A stretch of 64,000 bases of DNA from Rhizomicrobium sp. (lineage in GTDB: Bacteria; Pseudomonadota; Alphaproteobacteria; Micropepsales; Micropepsaceae), in the NCBI GenBank assembly GCA_037201525.1, contig JBBCHP010000013.1, forward strand, positions 4,068 to 68,067. The letters run 5' to 3'. Shown here in pieces: positions 10,364 to 20,609 of the stretch (within the stretch, counting starts at the first letter, position 1; each line of letters begins with the position of its first letter). The notes beneath the pieces are model-generated. The model had not been told where the DNA came from, did not search any database, and saw only the letters and a list, made by a program, of their open reading frames with translations. Both the position numbers and the translations under genes were made by a program.

Positions 10364-11447
10364 ATGGCGGACGAGAGTCAGGACAAGTCGGAACAGCCGA
10401 CAGCGCACAAGCTGGAAAAATCGCGAGAAAAGGGCGTCGTCGCACGCGGAACGGATCTAGGATTTCTAACGGGATTAGCCGCGCTGCTGGGATATGCCTG
10501 GATCGAAGGCGGCCAGTTGGGCAGCGTGGTCTCGCGATCGTCCCACGATGCCCTGGTGAGCGGCAGCATGCTCACGGACTCGAATTCGGCATTGCTGACA
10601 GCAACAAGTTTGCTTTTGTCGCCGGTTGTGCGGCCACTCATGCTGTTGTTGGCGACTGTATTTGCGATCGTACTCCTTTTCGAGATCGTACAGACGGGCG
10701 TTGTGTTTTCATCGCAACCGTTTGCGCCGGATTTTAGCCGTCTCAACCCGGCTAACGGGCTCAAGCGCCTGTTCTCCCTACGATTGCTGATCGAGACGCT
10801 GAAAAGCGTGTTGAAGTTGCTGGTGTACGGCATGATCGCGTTCCTGATCATCCGATCGGCGATTGAGGCAGCGAACGGATCGGTCGCCGACGGCCCGCAC
10901 GCTGCTCGACGCATTGAAAACGACCGGCGTCCGTCTGCTCGCAGCTTTTGTACTGGTGGCTGCGTTTTTTATGGTGATCGACCAGATTCTTGCGCGAGGC
11001 CAGTTTCTCAAGAAAATGCGCATGGATCGTCGCGAGCTGCGTCAGGAGGCACGCGAGCGCGAGGGTGAGCCGCGTTTGAAACAGCGCCGCAAGCAGCTTC
11101 ACCGCGAGTTTGTCAAATCAAGCCAAAGCATCCGTGGCTTGCGCAGCGCTGACGTGGTCATCACCAACCCGCAGCATTTGGCTTTGGCGTTGCGCTACCA
11201 GCCCGGAAAATCGGCTGCGCCGATTGTCGTTTCTATGGGCGCGAACCAATTGGCGCAGCGGCTCAAACGCCTAGCGTTCCTATACGGCATTCCGATCTTC
11301 GAAAACAGGGCGCTGGCGCGCGAGCTGTACGCCAAATCGATGCTGGACCGGCAAATCCCGGAGAGCTGCTTCAAGCCGGTCGCCGACATCTACAACGCCA
11401 TGCGCCGCCGGAAGCATGAGAAAGAACAGGACGTCCTCGATGCGTAG
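10364..11447 (+). CDS. flhB: Export switch protein FlhB (frameshift near 10900)
   Basis: KSEQPTAHKLEKSREKG, RLNPANGLKRLFS, EGEPRLK, VVITNPQH autocleavage site, IFENRALARELY. Confidence 0.9.
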
Positions 11448-13472
11448 TTTCCTGGGGAAAAACCTCGATCTGGTGCTGGTCTTTGGGGTCATCACGATCC
11501 TTTTGATCCTGTTCGCGCCGATTCCACCCTTCGTCATCGATCTGGCGATCGTGATCAATCTGGCATTTGCGTTGACGATCCTTCTGTTGACTTTCTATGT
11601 CGGGCGGCCGGTGGAGTTCTCGACATTTCCGTCGTTGCTCCTGGTGGCGACGTTGTTTCGTGTGTCTTTGAACGTCGCCGCGACCCGTCTGATCCTGACA
11701 AGTGCCAATGCGGGCGCGGTGATCGGGTCCATCGGCAGCTTTGCGGTGCAGGGCAACTTCATCGTTGGCCTTGTCGTCTTCTTTATCCTCGTGGTGGTCC
11801 AATATGTCGTCGTGACCTCCGGCGCCCCAGCGTGTGTCGGAAGTGGCTGCGCGGTTCATGCTGGACCTCGGTTCCAGGCCAGCAGATGAGCATCGACGCC
11901 GATCTCAACATGGGTCTCATCGACCAGAACGAAGCGAAACGCCGGCGCAAAGACCTCGAAAAGGAAGCATCCTTTTACGGCGCGATGGACGGCGCCAGCA
12001 AGTTCGTCAAAGGCGACGCCCGTCGCTGGCATCATCATTCTGCTGATCGACATCATTGCAGGCTGGATTGTCGGCGTCGTCCAAATGGACATGAACTGGA
12101 GCGACGCGCTGTCGACGTTCACGTTGTTGACCATCGGCGACGGCATCGTCACACAGGTTCCTGCACCTCATCATTTCGGTCGCGACCGGCATCATCGTCA
12201 CGCGCTCCTCCTCGGATCGTCAACTGGGAACCGAAGTGTTCAGGCAGCTCACATCGGTGCCGAAGATTCCGTTGATCGTGGTGGGAACACTTATCGTTCT
12301 GCTGGCGCTTCCCGGAATGCCGAAATGGCCGATGGGTCTTGTCCTTCTGATCGTGATTGCCAATTTTTTTGCCGCTCGCCGGGGCAAGCAAAAGGATGAT
12401 GCCCAGCAGCTATTCGATGAGGCCGAGCCGGCTGCGGAGGCCATCGCGACACGCCCAATGCCGCCGGTCGAAGTCTTGCTGGGCCGTGAACTCAGTCAGC
12501 AGTGGGTCGCCATCAAAGCCGTTGCTGACGGAGCGTATCGCCGCTCTTCGCAGCCAGCGTGAAAAATTGAGCGGTTTCGTGCTGCCGGCGATCCTGTTCC
12601 AGGATGGCAGCGATCTCGGGCCCTATGACTATGAGATATCGCTATATGGTGCGCGGCATGCAACGTCCCAACTCTATCCGGAAAAGACGCTTGCGGTACG
12701 CGGCGCCGAGACGTCTGAAACGCTACCCGGCATAGAGACGCGCGACCCCGCGTTCGGATTGCCCGCCATCTGGATCGATAAGGAAACCAGCGATCGCGCA
12801 CGGACGAGTGGATACACGCTGGTCGACCCCGTCACCGTGATGATGACCCATCTTGGGGAACTCTTGCGCAGCGAAGCGGCGTCGCTGCTGACACGCGCCG
12901 ATGTGGTTGCGCTGCTGGAAGGCGTGCGCTCGTGGCAACCCGGAATGATCGAGGAGTTGATTCCGGCGATCATGACGGTCTCCGACGTGCAGCGCGTGCT
13001 TCAGAATCTCCTCTCCGAGGATGTTTCGATCAAAAACATCGACTTAATCGCCGAAACACTGGTCGATGCCGGACGAGGCACCAAAGACTCAGCAGAATTG
13101 ACAGAAGCCGTGCGGCAAAGACTCAGTCACGGCATATGCCAGGGGTTGCGCGGGAAAAACGCACAGCTATCCGTGATGAGCTTGGATCCGCGGGTCGAAG
13201 GGCAAATTTCGGAAAGCCTGCGCCGCACCGACAAGGCCGCATCGTTTGCACTGGATCCGCGATTGGCGGAGCAGCTCATTCGCAAGCTCATCCCGCTCGC
13301 GGATTCGATGGCGCGTCAAAGGCTTGTGCCGGTGTTGTTGTGCAATGCCGACATTCGCCGTCACATAAAGCTTTTTACGCGGAGAAGCGTGCCGAAGCTC
13401 GCCGTCATTTCCGTCAATGAAATTCCGCACACGATCGATTTAAAATCGTTTTCCGTGGTGAAATTCGATTGA
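11440..13472 (+). CDS. flhA: Major export apparatus protein FlhA (several frameshifts)
   Basis: [86 protein letters not shown]. Confidence 0.92.
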
Positions 13473-13530
13473 CAGAAACTTTTCTAATCCTATGGTTGTA
13501 TACACGTAAAAAGTGTAGTACGGAATTGTT

Positions 13531-14232
13531 ATGGGATTAGTTGAGATCGGTGGAGTGATGTTGTCGCGGTCGGCGGCGCGCGTCGAAGCGTGTGCGCAGA
13601 ACATGTCGAACGTTACGACGCCGGGATATAAGGCCAGAAAGCAGTTCTCGCAGTTTATTTCGAGCGCAAGTTCAACGAGCGATCGAAGCGAAATCGGTAC
13701 CCTGGTATCGGGAACCGATTTCACCAATGGTTCGCTGCAAAATACCGGCAATCCACTGGACTTTGCGATATCCGGTTCCGGATTTTTCGTCGTCCGGAAT
13801 GCTGACGGGGTTTTCTACACCCGCGATGGTCAGTTTTCGCGCGACCCGGATGGCCGGCTGGTCAACGCGTCAGGCATGGCGCTGCAATCGCTTTCCGGCG
13901 ACGTCGTCGTCGGTCCAACGGACCCAAAGGTGCTGCCCGATGGAACTGTGTTGAGTGACAATGAACCTGTCGCGCGCGTTGCTGTCGTAAACTTCGAGAA
14001 TGAGAAAAGCCTGAAGTCTGTCAGTGGCAGCGTATTTATGGCCGATGAACGTGACGCCATGCCGGCTACCGCTGAGGTTCGGCAGGGAATGCTTGAAGCC
14101 TCAAACGTATCGACAGCCGCAGAAATGATTTCGATTATGGCCAGTTTGCGCAGTGCCGGGGCCGGGCAAAAAGTTGTGCAGCTTTACGATGACCTTATGG
14201 GGCGCGCCGTCACTGCGTTCGGTCAGTCATGA
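13531..14232 (+). CDS. flgF: Proximal rod protein FlgF
   Basis: NMSNVTTPGYK, TGNPLDFAISGSGFF, YTRDGQF, GMLEASNV; precedes flgG. Confidence 0.8.
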   Translation: MGLVEIGGVMLSRSAARVEACAQNMSNVTTPGYKARKQFSQFISSASSTSDRSEIGTLVSGTDFTNGSLQNTGNPLDFAISGSGFFVVRNADGVFYTRDGQFSRDPDGRLVNASGMALQSLSGDVVVGPTDPKVLPDGTVLSDNEPVARVAVVNFENEKSLKSVSGSVFMADERDAMPATAEVRQGMLEASNVSTAAEMISIMASLRSAGAGQKVVQLYDDLMGRAVTAFGQS

Positions 14233-14274
14233 GAACAATGAAATTCAACGGGTATGTGGGGGCAGTGTGGGGCA

Positions 14275-15048
14275 ATGAACGGAGCATTTTATATCGGCGC
14301 GCTCGGTTTGGACGCGCAACAGCGAGCGCTTGATGTCGTCGCAAACAATATTGCAAATATAAACACAACCGGATTCAAACGGCAGACAGTCCGTTTTTCC
14401 GATCTGGTATCTCCCATCCGGGACGCGGAAGACAACTTGGCCGCCGTCGATGGGCAATCCGGCGCGGCGTCCGGCGTGATGGTCGCTTCGACGCCGCATG
14501 TGTGGTCGCAAGGCGATCTCAACACGACGGGGCAGACCTACGACGTTGCGATTTCGGGCAATGGCTTTTTGGAATTAATGGGTCCATCCGGGCACACATT
14601 GTTGTGGCGCGGCGGGACTTTGAAAGTCAATGAGGACGGCTATCTCGCGGCGTCCGATGGAACCGTTCTGCGATCCTCGATCTCCGTTCCGCAAGGCGCC
14701 ACCAATCTCACGATCGCAAACAACGGCGCGGTCTATGCACTGATCGGCGGTGCAACACAGCCGCGTCAACTGGGCACAATCGATCTCGCAATGGCCAAGG
14801 ACCCCGACGCCTTGGTGGACGACGGTGGAGGCTACTACGAGGCCACCGATCCAAGCGGTGTCTACAGCGCGCAACCCGGCGAGGATGGAAGCGGGACCTT
14901 GGTGCAAGGCGCCCTTGAGAGCGGAAATGTGCAGCTCACGACAGAGATGGTCACGCTGATGCTGTTGCAGCGTGCTTACGCAGCGGATGCGCAAGTTGTT
15001 CAGGCCGGCGATCAGCTGATGTCCATCGCGAACGATTTGAGGCGCTGA
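14275..15048 (+). CDS. flgG: Distal rod protein FlgG
   Basis: ANNIANINTTGFK, GALESGNVQLTTEMVTLMLLQRAY. Confidence 0.82.
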   Translation: MNGAFYIGALGLDAQQRALDVVANNIANINTTGFKRQTVRFSDLVSPIRDAEDNLAAVDGQSGAASGVMVASTPHVWSQGDLNTTGQTYDVAISGNGFLELMGPSGHTLLWRGGTLKVNEDGYLAASDGTVLRSSISVPQGATNLTIANNGAVYALIGGATQPRQLGTIDLAMAKDPDALVDDGGGYYEATDPSGVYSAQPGEDGSGTLVQGALESGNVQLTTEMVTLMLLQRAYAADAQVVQAGDQLMSIANDLRR

Positions 15049-15050
15049 GC

Positions 15051-15477
15051 GTGACAAACATCGCGCTTTTGATGATGAGCACTGCCGCGATGCTGGGGAC
15101 GTCTGGCTCCGCGCCGCCGCATTGCCTGCGCGCGCTGCAACCGATCAGCGCCAGCACGGCAGGCGCGCAGTTCTGATTTCGAGCAGGCTCCTTGTCCTTC
15201 CGGCAAAGTGCTTCGGCCTTACCGCTACGACATCGCACACGGCGCTACGCAAGTCACGCAGGGCCTGCAAGTGGGCGCCGTTGTGGGCACTTTTCCAGAG
15301 TTCGGTATCTCCATGATTCGCACGGGCGATGTGCTTGAACTCGTCGGAAAAGCCGGTGCGGTTACAATTGAGCGCGATGTTAAAGCCTTGCAACCGGCGC
15401 GCCATGGACAGCGGCTCTTCGTTCGCAGCAGCGACGGTGAAGTCCTGTCCGTGCGTTACGAGGACATGATGCGATGA
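15051..15477 (+). CDS. Short FlgA-like P-ring assembly protein (frameshifted)
   Basis: Signal peptide-like N-terminus; IRTGDVLELVGKAGAVTIERDVKALQPARHGQRLFVRSSDG resembles the FlgA C-terminal domain; syntenic flgG-flgA-flgH. Confidence 0.55.
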
Positions 15478-16070
15478 AGCGGTTGCTGCTTGCGATCATC
15501 GTCGTTTGTGGTGCCGTGGAGATCGCGCCGGCCCTTGCGACCGATTTGGCTACGCGAAGCAATTGGTCGTCGCTGGCTGCGGACCGCAGCGCACGCAACG
15601 TGGGCGATGTTCTGACGGTCGTCATCTATGAGACATCGTCGGCGACGAACACGGCAGAGAACAGCACATCGAAGAACAGCAGCTTTCAGGGACAGTTTTC
15701 TGCCGGCAACCCAGCCGCAACCGGCGGCGTCAACACGGCAGCAAATCTCGGGCTCGCTTTTACGTCAGACAATGCCGGGGCAACGGCGCGTTCCGGTCAA
15801 ATGGTTGCCCAGATCAGCGTGGTCGTCGACAGCATTTTTCCAAACGGCGACTTGCACGTCTCAGGCGCGCAAGCGCTGAAAATCAACGGTGAGAAAACGA
15901 ACATCCGCGTGCAAGGCCGCGTGCGGGCTGCCGACATCACATCGTCGAACGCGGTCTTGTCCAGCAGTTTGGCCGAAGCAGCGATCGATTACGATGGCGC
16001 AGGATTTATCTCGAGCAGCTCCCAGCCCGGGCTCTTCACGCGGCTGTTCAATTGGCTGGACCTGCCATGA
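15474..16070 (+). CDS. flgH: L-ring protein FlgH
   Basis: DRSARNVGDVLTVVIYE, VVDSIFPNGDLHVSG, GRVRAADITSSNAVLS, PGLFTRLF. Confidence 0.85.
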   Translation: MKRLLLAIIVVCGAVEIAPALATDLATRSNWSSLAADRSARNVGDVLTVVIYETSSATNTAENSTSKNSSFQGQFSAGNPAATGGVNTAANLGLAFTSDNAGATARSGQMVAQISVVVDSIFPNGDLHVSGAQALKINGEKTNIRVQGRVRAADITSSNAVLSSSLAEAAIDYDGAGFISSSSQPGLFTRLFNWLDLP

Positions 16071-17191
16071 TGCGCCTCGCGTACCATGCACTTGCATTGG
16101 CGGCGCTGCTGCTTGCAACAACGCCTGTCCATGCGACGGTGGGCGATGTGCGGCTCAAGGATTTGGGCCGCTTTCTTGGTTGGCGCGACAATGCCCTGGT
16201 CGGCTATGGCATCGTCACAGGTCTGGCAGGCTCCGGCGATTCGCCGCGCAGTGCAGTCACCAAACAGGCGCTGAGCAATGTCCTGGGCCGGTTGGGCTCG
16301 AACATTTCGCCCGATCAGCTCGAAAGCCGCAATGTCGCCGCGGTGATCGTGACCGCGACGCTGCCACCCACCGCGAAAGTGGGCGACAGGATCGATGTGA
16401 CCGCGACATCGATCGGCGATGCGCGAAGTCTTGTGGGCGGTGTCTTGCTGATGACCCCACTTCTTGGTGTAGATCAGCAACGTTATGCGCTCGCGCAAGG
16501 CGCTTTGGTTGTCGGCGGATACAGCTTTGAAGACAATGGAAATCTGCGTCAGAAAAATTATCCGACAACCGGTGTATGCGCCGGCGGCGCGACCGTCGAA
16601 GCGCCCGTCGATGCCGACCTTCTGACTCCGACAGGACGATTGACGTTTGTCCTGAAAGATCCGGATTTTACCACAGCACAGCGCGTGGCTGATGGGCTTA
16701 ACCAATCACTCGGCGCAAGCCTGGCACACGCGCAAGGCGCGGATGCAATCAGCATCGATGCGTCGGCGGCAGGCTACGACCTTAGCCAGCTCATTTCGAG
16801 GATTGAAAATATTTCGATCAGTCCGGATGAGGTCGCGCGGGTCGTCATCAACGAACGTTCGGGAACGGTCGTCGCGGGCGGTAGCGTGAAGATATCGAGC
16901 GTGGTGATCGCCCAGGGCGATATCAAGATTTCGGTCGATGTCGATCATGAGGCCTCTCAACCGCTTGTCCTCGGCGGAAACGCGCCGGATGTGCGCAGTT
17001 TGATCGTTACGAATAGCAAGCTGAGGGTTACGGACGGTTCGCGGGACGCGGTCGTTCACGTCCCCGATACCACGGTCGCGGATTTGGTCCGCGCGCTCGC
17101 CAAAGCAAAAGTCGACACCCGCCGCACGATCGCGGTCCTGCAGGCTGTCAAAGCTGCCGGCGCGCTTCATGCCGAAATTGTCGTGCAATAG
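16067..17191 (+). CDS. flgI: P-ring protein FlgI
   Basis: RLKDL, NALVGYGIVTGLAGSGD, SIGDARSLVGGVLLMTPL, VVINERSGTVV, LQAVKAAGALHAEI. Confidence 0.93.
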   Translation: MMRLAYHALALAALLLATTPVHATVGDVRLKDLGRFLGWRDNALVGYGIVTGLAGSGDSPRSAVTKQALSNVLGRLGSNISPDQLESRNVAAVIVTATLPPTAKVGDRIDVTATSIGDARSLVGGVLLMTPLLGVDQQRYALAQGALVVGGYSFEDNGNLRQKNYPTTGVCAGGATVEAPVDADLLTPTGRLTFVLKDPDFTTAQRVADGLNQSLGASLAHAQGADAISIDASAAGYDLSQLISRIENISISPDEVARVVINERSGTVVAGGSVKISSVVIAQGDIKISVDVDHEASQPLVLGGNAPDVRSLIVTNSKLRVTDGSRDAVVHVPDTTVADLVRALAKAKVDTRRTIAVLQAVKAAGALHAEIVVQ

Positions 17192-17199
17192 GAGACGCA

Positions 17200-17544
17200 A
17201 TGGAAAACAGTACCGCATTGCTGATGATCAAGGCACTTGATGGGCTCTCAGCACGCTCTGTGGTGACGGCGGAAAATATCGCGAACGCCGGAACGCCGAA
17301 TTATCGCCCGCTACGGATCTCTTTTGAAGCCGCTTTGAAAGAGGCGGCGGCGCATGGCGACAATGCCGTGCGCGATCTGGTTCCGCGAGCGGAGCAAGCC
17401 GTCGCGGGAACGCCCGAAGCTGAGCTGCGTCCGGACACGGAGATGGCCACAGCGTCCGCGACCGCGCTGCGTTACGGCGCCTTGGTCGCGCTTCTCAATC
17501 GGGAAGTCCAGATCGAGTCGCTCGCGATGACGGGGAACCAGTGA
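17200..17544 (+). CDS. flgB: Rod protein FlgB
   Basis: KALDGLSARSVVTAENIANAGTPNYRP. Confidence 0.85.
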   Translation: MENSTALLMIKALDGLSARSVVTAENIANAGTPNYRPLRISFEAALKEAAAHGDNAVRDLVPRAEQAVAGTPEAELRPDTEMATASATALRYGALVALLNREVQIESLAMTGNQ

Positions 17545-17545
17545 C

Positions 17546-17993
17546 ATGCAAGCAATGGAAATCAGCCGCACGGCGTTGGACGTCGAATGGCGACGTTTGG
17601 AAATCATTTCAGAGAATCTCGCCAACGCGAATGTCGCCAATTCCGGGAAAGGCGTGACGTTCCGGCCGCTTCATTTGATTTCCGGTCCCAAGAATGACTT
17701 TGCGGCCTATTTAAACGCCCGCGATGCGAAAAACTCGGGCGTTGACATTGATAAACTCTCAGGCGTCGCCGTACTCGGTGTGCAGGCTGACAACGCACCG
17801 CCCCACATGGTCCATGAACCGGGCAATCCGCAGGCCGATGCGCAGGGCTTTGTTTCGTATCCTGCCATCGATCAAGCCGGAGAGATGACACAAATGCTCC
17901 AGACCTCGCGCGCTTATGAAGCGAATATCGTCGCCATGAACAGCGCGCACGAAATGTACAGCAAGGCGCTTCAACTCGGAGGAACGGTCATGA
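17546..17993 (+). CDS. flgC: Rod protein FlgC (reads in frame into fliE in this assembly)
   Basis: RLEIISENLANAN, HEPGNPQADAQGFVSYP, SRAYEANI. Confidence 0.88.
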
Positions 17994-18304
17994 GCCTGCC
18001 CGTCGCGCCGATAGGCGCTCCTGCGCTCGTCGATCAGATGAATCAGGTTCGTCAGCAACTGGTCACTGCACAGCATCCGGCGGCGGCATCGTTTTCGCAA
18101 CTGCTGACGCAGGGGATAGAGCAGGCCAACCAGAGGGTGGTGGACGCCGAAGGTGCGGTGCGAGCGTTCGCGCTCGACGACTCCATTCCGGTTCATCAAG
18201 TCACCTATGCGCTCTCGCAGGCGCAGCTCTCGATGAATTTGATGCTACAAGTCCGAAACCGGCTGGTTGAAGGCTATCAGCAGCTCATGAATATGCAGCT
18301 TTAA
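17990..18304 (+). CDS. fliE: Basal body protein FliE
   Basis: RBS GGAGGA before ATG 17990; HQVTYALSQAQLSMNLMLQVRNRLVEGYQQLMNMQL. Confidence 0.88.
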   Translation: MSLPVAPIGAPALVDQMNQVRQQLVTAQHPAAASFSQLLTQGIEQANQRVVDAEGAVRAFALDDSIPVHQVTYALSQAQLSMNLMLQVRNRLVEGYQQLMNMQL

Positions 18305-18317
18305 GGCGTCTCGCCCG

Positions 18318-19568
18318 ATGTTCGATCGCTTTCACGCTCTATCCATTCGTCAACAGGTGCTGCTGGTAGCGGCGTTGGCGTGCGCGGGTTGTGTGTTCCT
18401 CATTGCGGTATGGTTTTTTGCACTTCGCACGAACTACCAACCTTTGTTTTCCGATCTTCGTCCCGCCGACGCAGCGACAATTGTTGCCGAACTCGAGCAC
18501 AAGAAAATCGACTACCGGCTCGAAAATGGAGGAGGCACTATTCTGGTGCCGGCGGGGCTTGTCGATGCCACGCGGCTCGACGTGATGACACAGGATCTAC
18601 CGCTAAAAGGCACGGTCGGTTTCGAGCTCTTCAACAAGTCGGACGTCGGCCTTACGGATTTCGCGCAGAAGATAAATTACCAGCGTGCGTTACAAGGCGA
18701 GCTCGAGCGCACGATCATGTCGCTCGACGGGATCGAGTCCGCGCGCGTGCATCTTTCGCTCGGCGAAGACCGCATATTCCGCGATGATCGCGTCCCGCCA
18801 AAGGCCTCCGTTATGGTCCGCATGCAAAAGGGCGCCGTGTTGGCGGCGAACGCGGCCCAAGGCGTGCAAAAGCTCATCGCGGCATCCGTACCGAATCTCG
18901 ACGTGTCGGATGTCGTCATCGTTGACGAGAGCGGCAGGGTCATCGGCGCTCCGGCGCATGTCGACGCTGCTATAGGAACCGGTTCGCCGGAAGCGGAAGA
19001 GAAAGCGGCGATAGAACAATATTATAAGGCGTTGATTCGGCGAACGCTCGATCGCGCGTATCCGCAATTCAGTTTCGCAGTCGGCGTGGCCGCCACGACG
19101 AGCGCGTCCGATTCGGCGGAGCCTTTGCCGGAATGGAATCCAGCCGCGCGAATCTTTCCTTTGATCGTCACGCTGTCCGCACCCGCAGCGCTGGATGCCG
19201 CTTCTCAAGAGGGCGTTCGAAATCTGGTCAGCGGTATTGTCCGTTCCAGCGCCGCGACAACAGATACAGTTCAATTCGCCATCGACAGTGTTGAGCCGAG
19301 CACACCGGTTCAGCGGATTGGTACCCATCCGCCGGAAACCCGCCCGACAATACCACAGGTTCTGGCAGCCTCTGATGAGGATGGCCGTGACGAATGGCGG
19401 GCGACGGCTGTGCTGTTTGCCGTTCTCGTCGCCGCATTCCTGGGCGTGATCATAATGATATTCCGCACGCGTTCACCGAAGCGCCTCGATGACCAACAAC
19501 GCGCGCGCGTGGCTGAGCAGCTTCGCGCGGCACTCGCTCAAGGGGATTCGCATGCCTTTGAATCCTGA
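18318..19568 (+). CDS. fliF: Short MS-ring protein FliF (416 aa)
   Basis: N-terminal TM, GFELFNKSDVGLTDFAQKINYQRALQGELERTI, ARVHL, ASVMV, C-terminal TM. Confidence 0.88.
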   Translation: MFDRFHALSIRQQVLLVAALACAGCVFLIAVWFFALRTNYQPLFSDLRPADAATIVAELEHKKIDYRLENGGGTILVPAGLVDATRLDVMTQDLPLKGTVGFELFNKSDVGLTDFAQKINYQRALQGELERTIMSLDGIESARVHLSLGEDRIFRDDRVPPKASVMVRMQKGAVLAANAAQGVQKLIAASVPNLDVSDVVIVDESGRVIGAPAHVDAAIGTGSPEAEEKAAIEQYYKALIRRTLDRAYPQFSFAVGVAATTSASDSAEPLPEWNPAARIFPLIVTLSAPAALDAASQEGVRNLVSGIVRSSAATTDTVQFAIDSVEPSTPVQRIGTHPPETRPTIPQVLAASDEDGRDEWRATAVLFAVLVAAFLGVIIMIFRTRSPKRLDDQQRARVAEQLRAALAQGDSHAFES

Positions 19569-19929
19569 TCGCAACCTGCGGCGCGTTGTATTGCGGCTCG
19601 CCGTCCTTCCTTCGGAAGACATCGAGGGAATTCTGAGTGAGTTCGATGCTGACGCGCGCGCGCGTGTGAAAGCTCTGCTCTCGGAATTCGCCGCGCCGAT
19701 CAAATCAACGGCAACGCCGGCGAGTGTGTCGAGCTGCGATGCATCGCGTCTTTCGCCTTGGATTGTCGATAGGTTGTTGCCGGATTCGAATGTTGAGATC
19801 GCGGAGGCCGTCTGCGCTGAACTGCATCGATGTGCGGCCACCTTGTTTCCTGCTGCCGCCCCGGTTGCGCGCCGCCCACGGCTGTTTGAACGAATGGCGA
19901 TAGCGCTGGCAGGACAGGCGCGCCAATGA
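19552..19929 (+). CDS. Hypothetical 125-aa protein in the fliG (SctK-equivalent) position
   Basis: Overlaps both the fliF stop and the fliH start; helical MPLNPDRNLRRVVLRLAVLPSEDIEGILSEFDADARARVKALL. Confidence 0.6.
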   Translation: MPLNPDRNLRRVVLRLAVLPSEDIEGILSEFDADARARVKALLSEFAAPIKSTATPASVSSCDASRLSPWIVDRLLPDSNVEIAEAVCAELHRCAATLFPAAAPVARRPRLFERMAIALAGQARQ

Positions 19930-20609
19930 ACAGCCTTCTGAAATTTGGAGCACTGGCAAGTGAGACGTCCGTGCGGCCGTTTCAAAGCGCTGTTCCGGTG
20001 CTAGCGCCGTCACCGCTTGAAAGAGCGCGCGATGTCTTGCTGAGACGCGTCGCTTCGCTCGAAGAAACGTTGCGCGACAACGCCATCCAACTCGAGACCG
20101 CGCGTGAAGAAGCGGAGCGTACCTACGAACAAGGCAAGACCGAGGGCCGAGCTATCGGTCTTTCCGAAGCGCTTAGTCTGGAGGCTGAACGGCTGTCCGT
20201 GCTGGAGGGGGCGGTCCGGGGCGCACATGCGGCGTTGCGCGAAGCACTCGCGAGCCTGACGCGCCTTGCGCCGCTTCTTGCACGAGAAGCGTTGGATATT
20301 TTATTTGCCGAACCGGAATACCGGGCGTCCGTCGTGGCAAAACTGATCGGGTTTCAGACGGCAAAGATCGAGAATGCCGCAATCCTTCAGATTGAAGTCT
20401 CCAAAGAAGATTTTCCCGATCAGGCCGCACTCCAAGCGCTCGCAGAAGATTGCTCTTTTGAATCGATTATCGTCAAAGCCAGCGAAAAGCTGTCCAGTGG
20501 CGGCTGCACGATGGCGTTGCGCCTGGGTCAATTGCATGTCGGCATCGACCAGCAATGGGGCGTTTTGGGCGGCGTACTCCACGAATTGGCTCAGGCGGAG
20601 TGTAGATGA
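19926..20609 (+). CDS. FliH/SctL-like ATPase stator protein
   Basis: Coiled coil with YEQGKTEGRAIG (GxxxG) repeats and LSSGGCTM..G..GIDQQW; directly before fliI. Confidence 0.7.
   Translation: MNSLLKFGALASETSVRPFQSAVPVLAPSPLERARDVLLRRVASLEETLRDNAIQLETAREEAERTYEQGKTEGRAIGLSEALSLEAERLSVLEGAVRGAHAALREALASLTRLAPLLAREALDILFAEPEYRASVVAKLIGFQTAKIENAAILQIEVSKEDFPDQAALQALAEDCSFESIIVKASEKLSSGGCTMALRLGQLHVGIDQQWGVLGGVLHELAQAECR

Noticed and set aside
9323-13472. Pseudogenised export gate
   Set aside because: The same indel pattern affects housekeeping serC/serA, and the catalytic and signature motifs remain well conserved; treated as sequencing error pending polishing
17546-18304. Apparent FlgC-FliE fusion (252 aa)
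   Set aside because: GGAGGA plus an ATGA overlap at 17990-17993 indicates two coupled genes joined by a one-base indel; a real fusion is not excluded without reads
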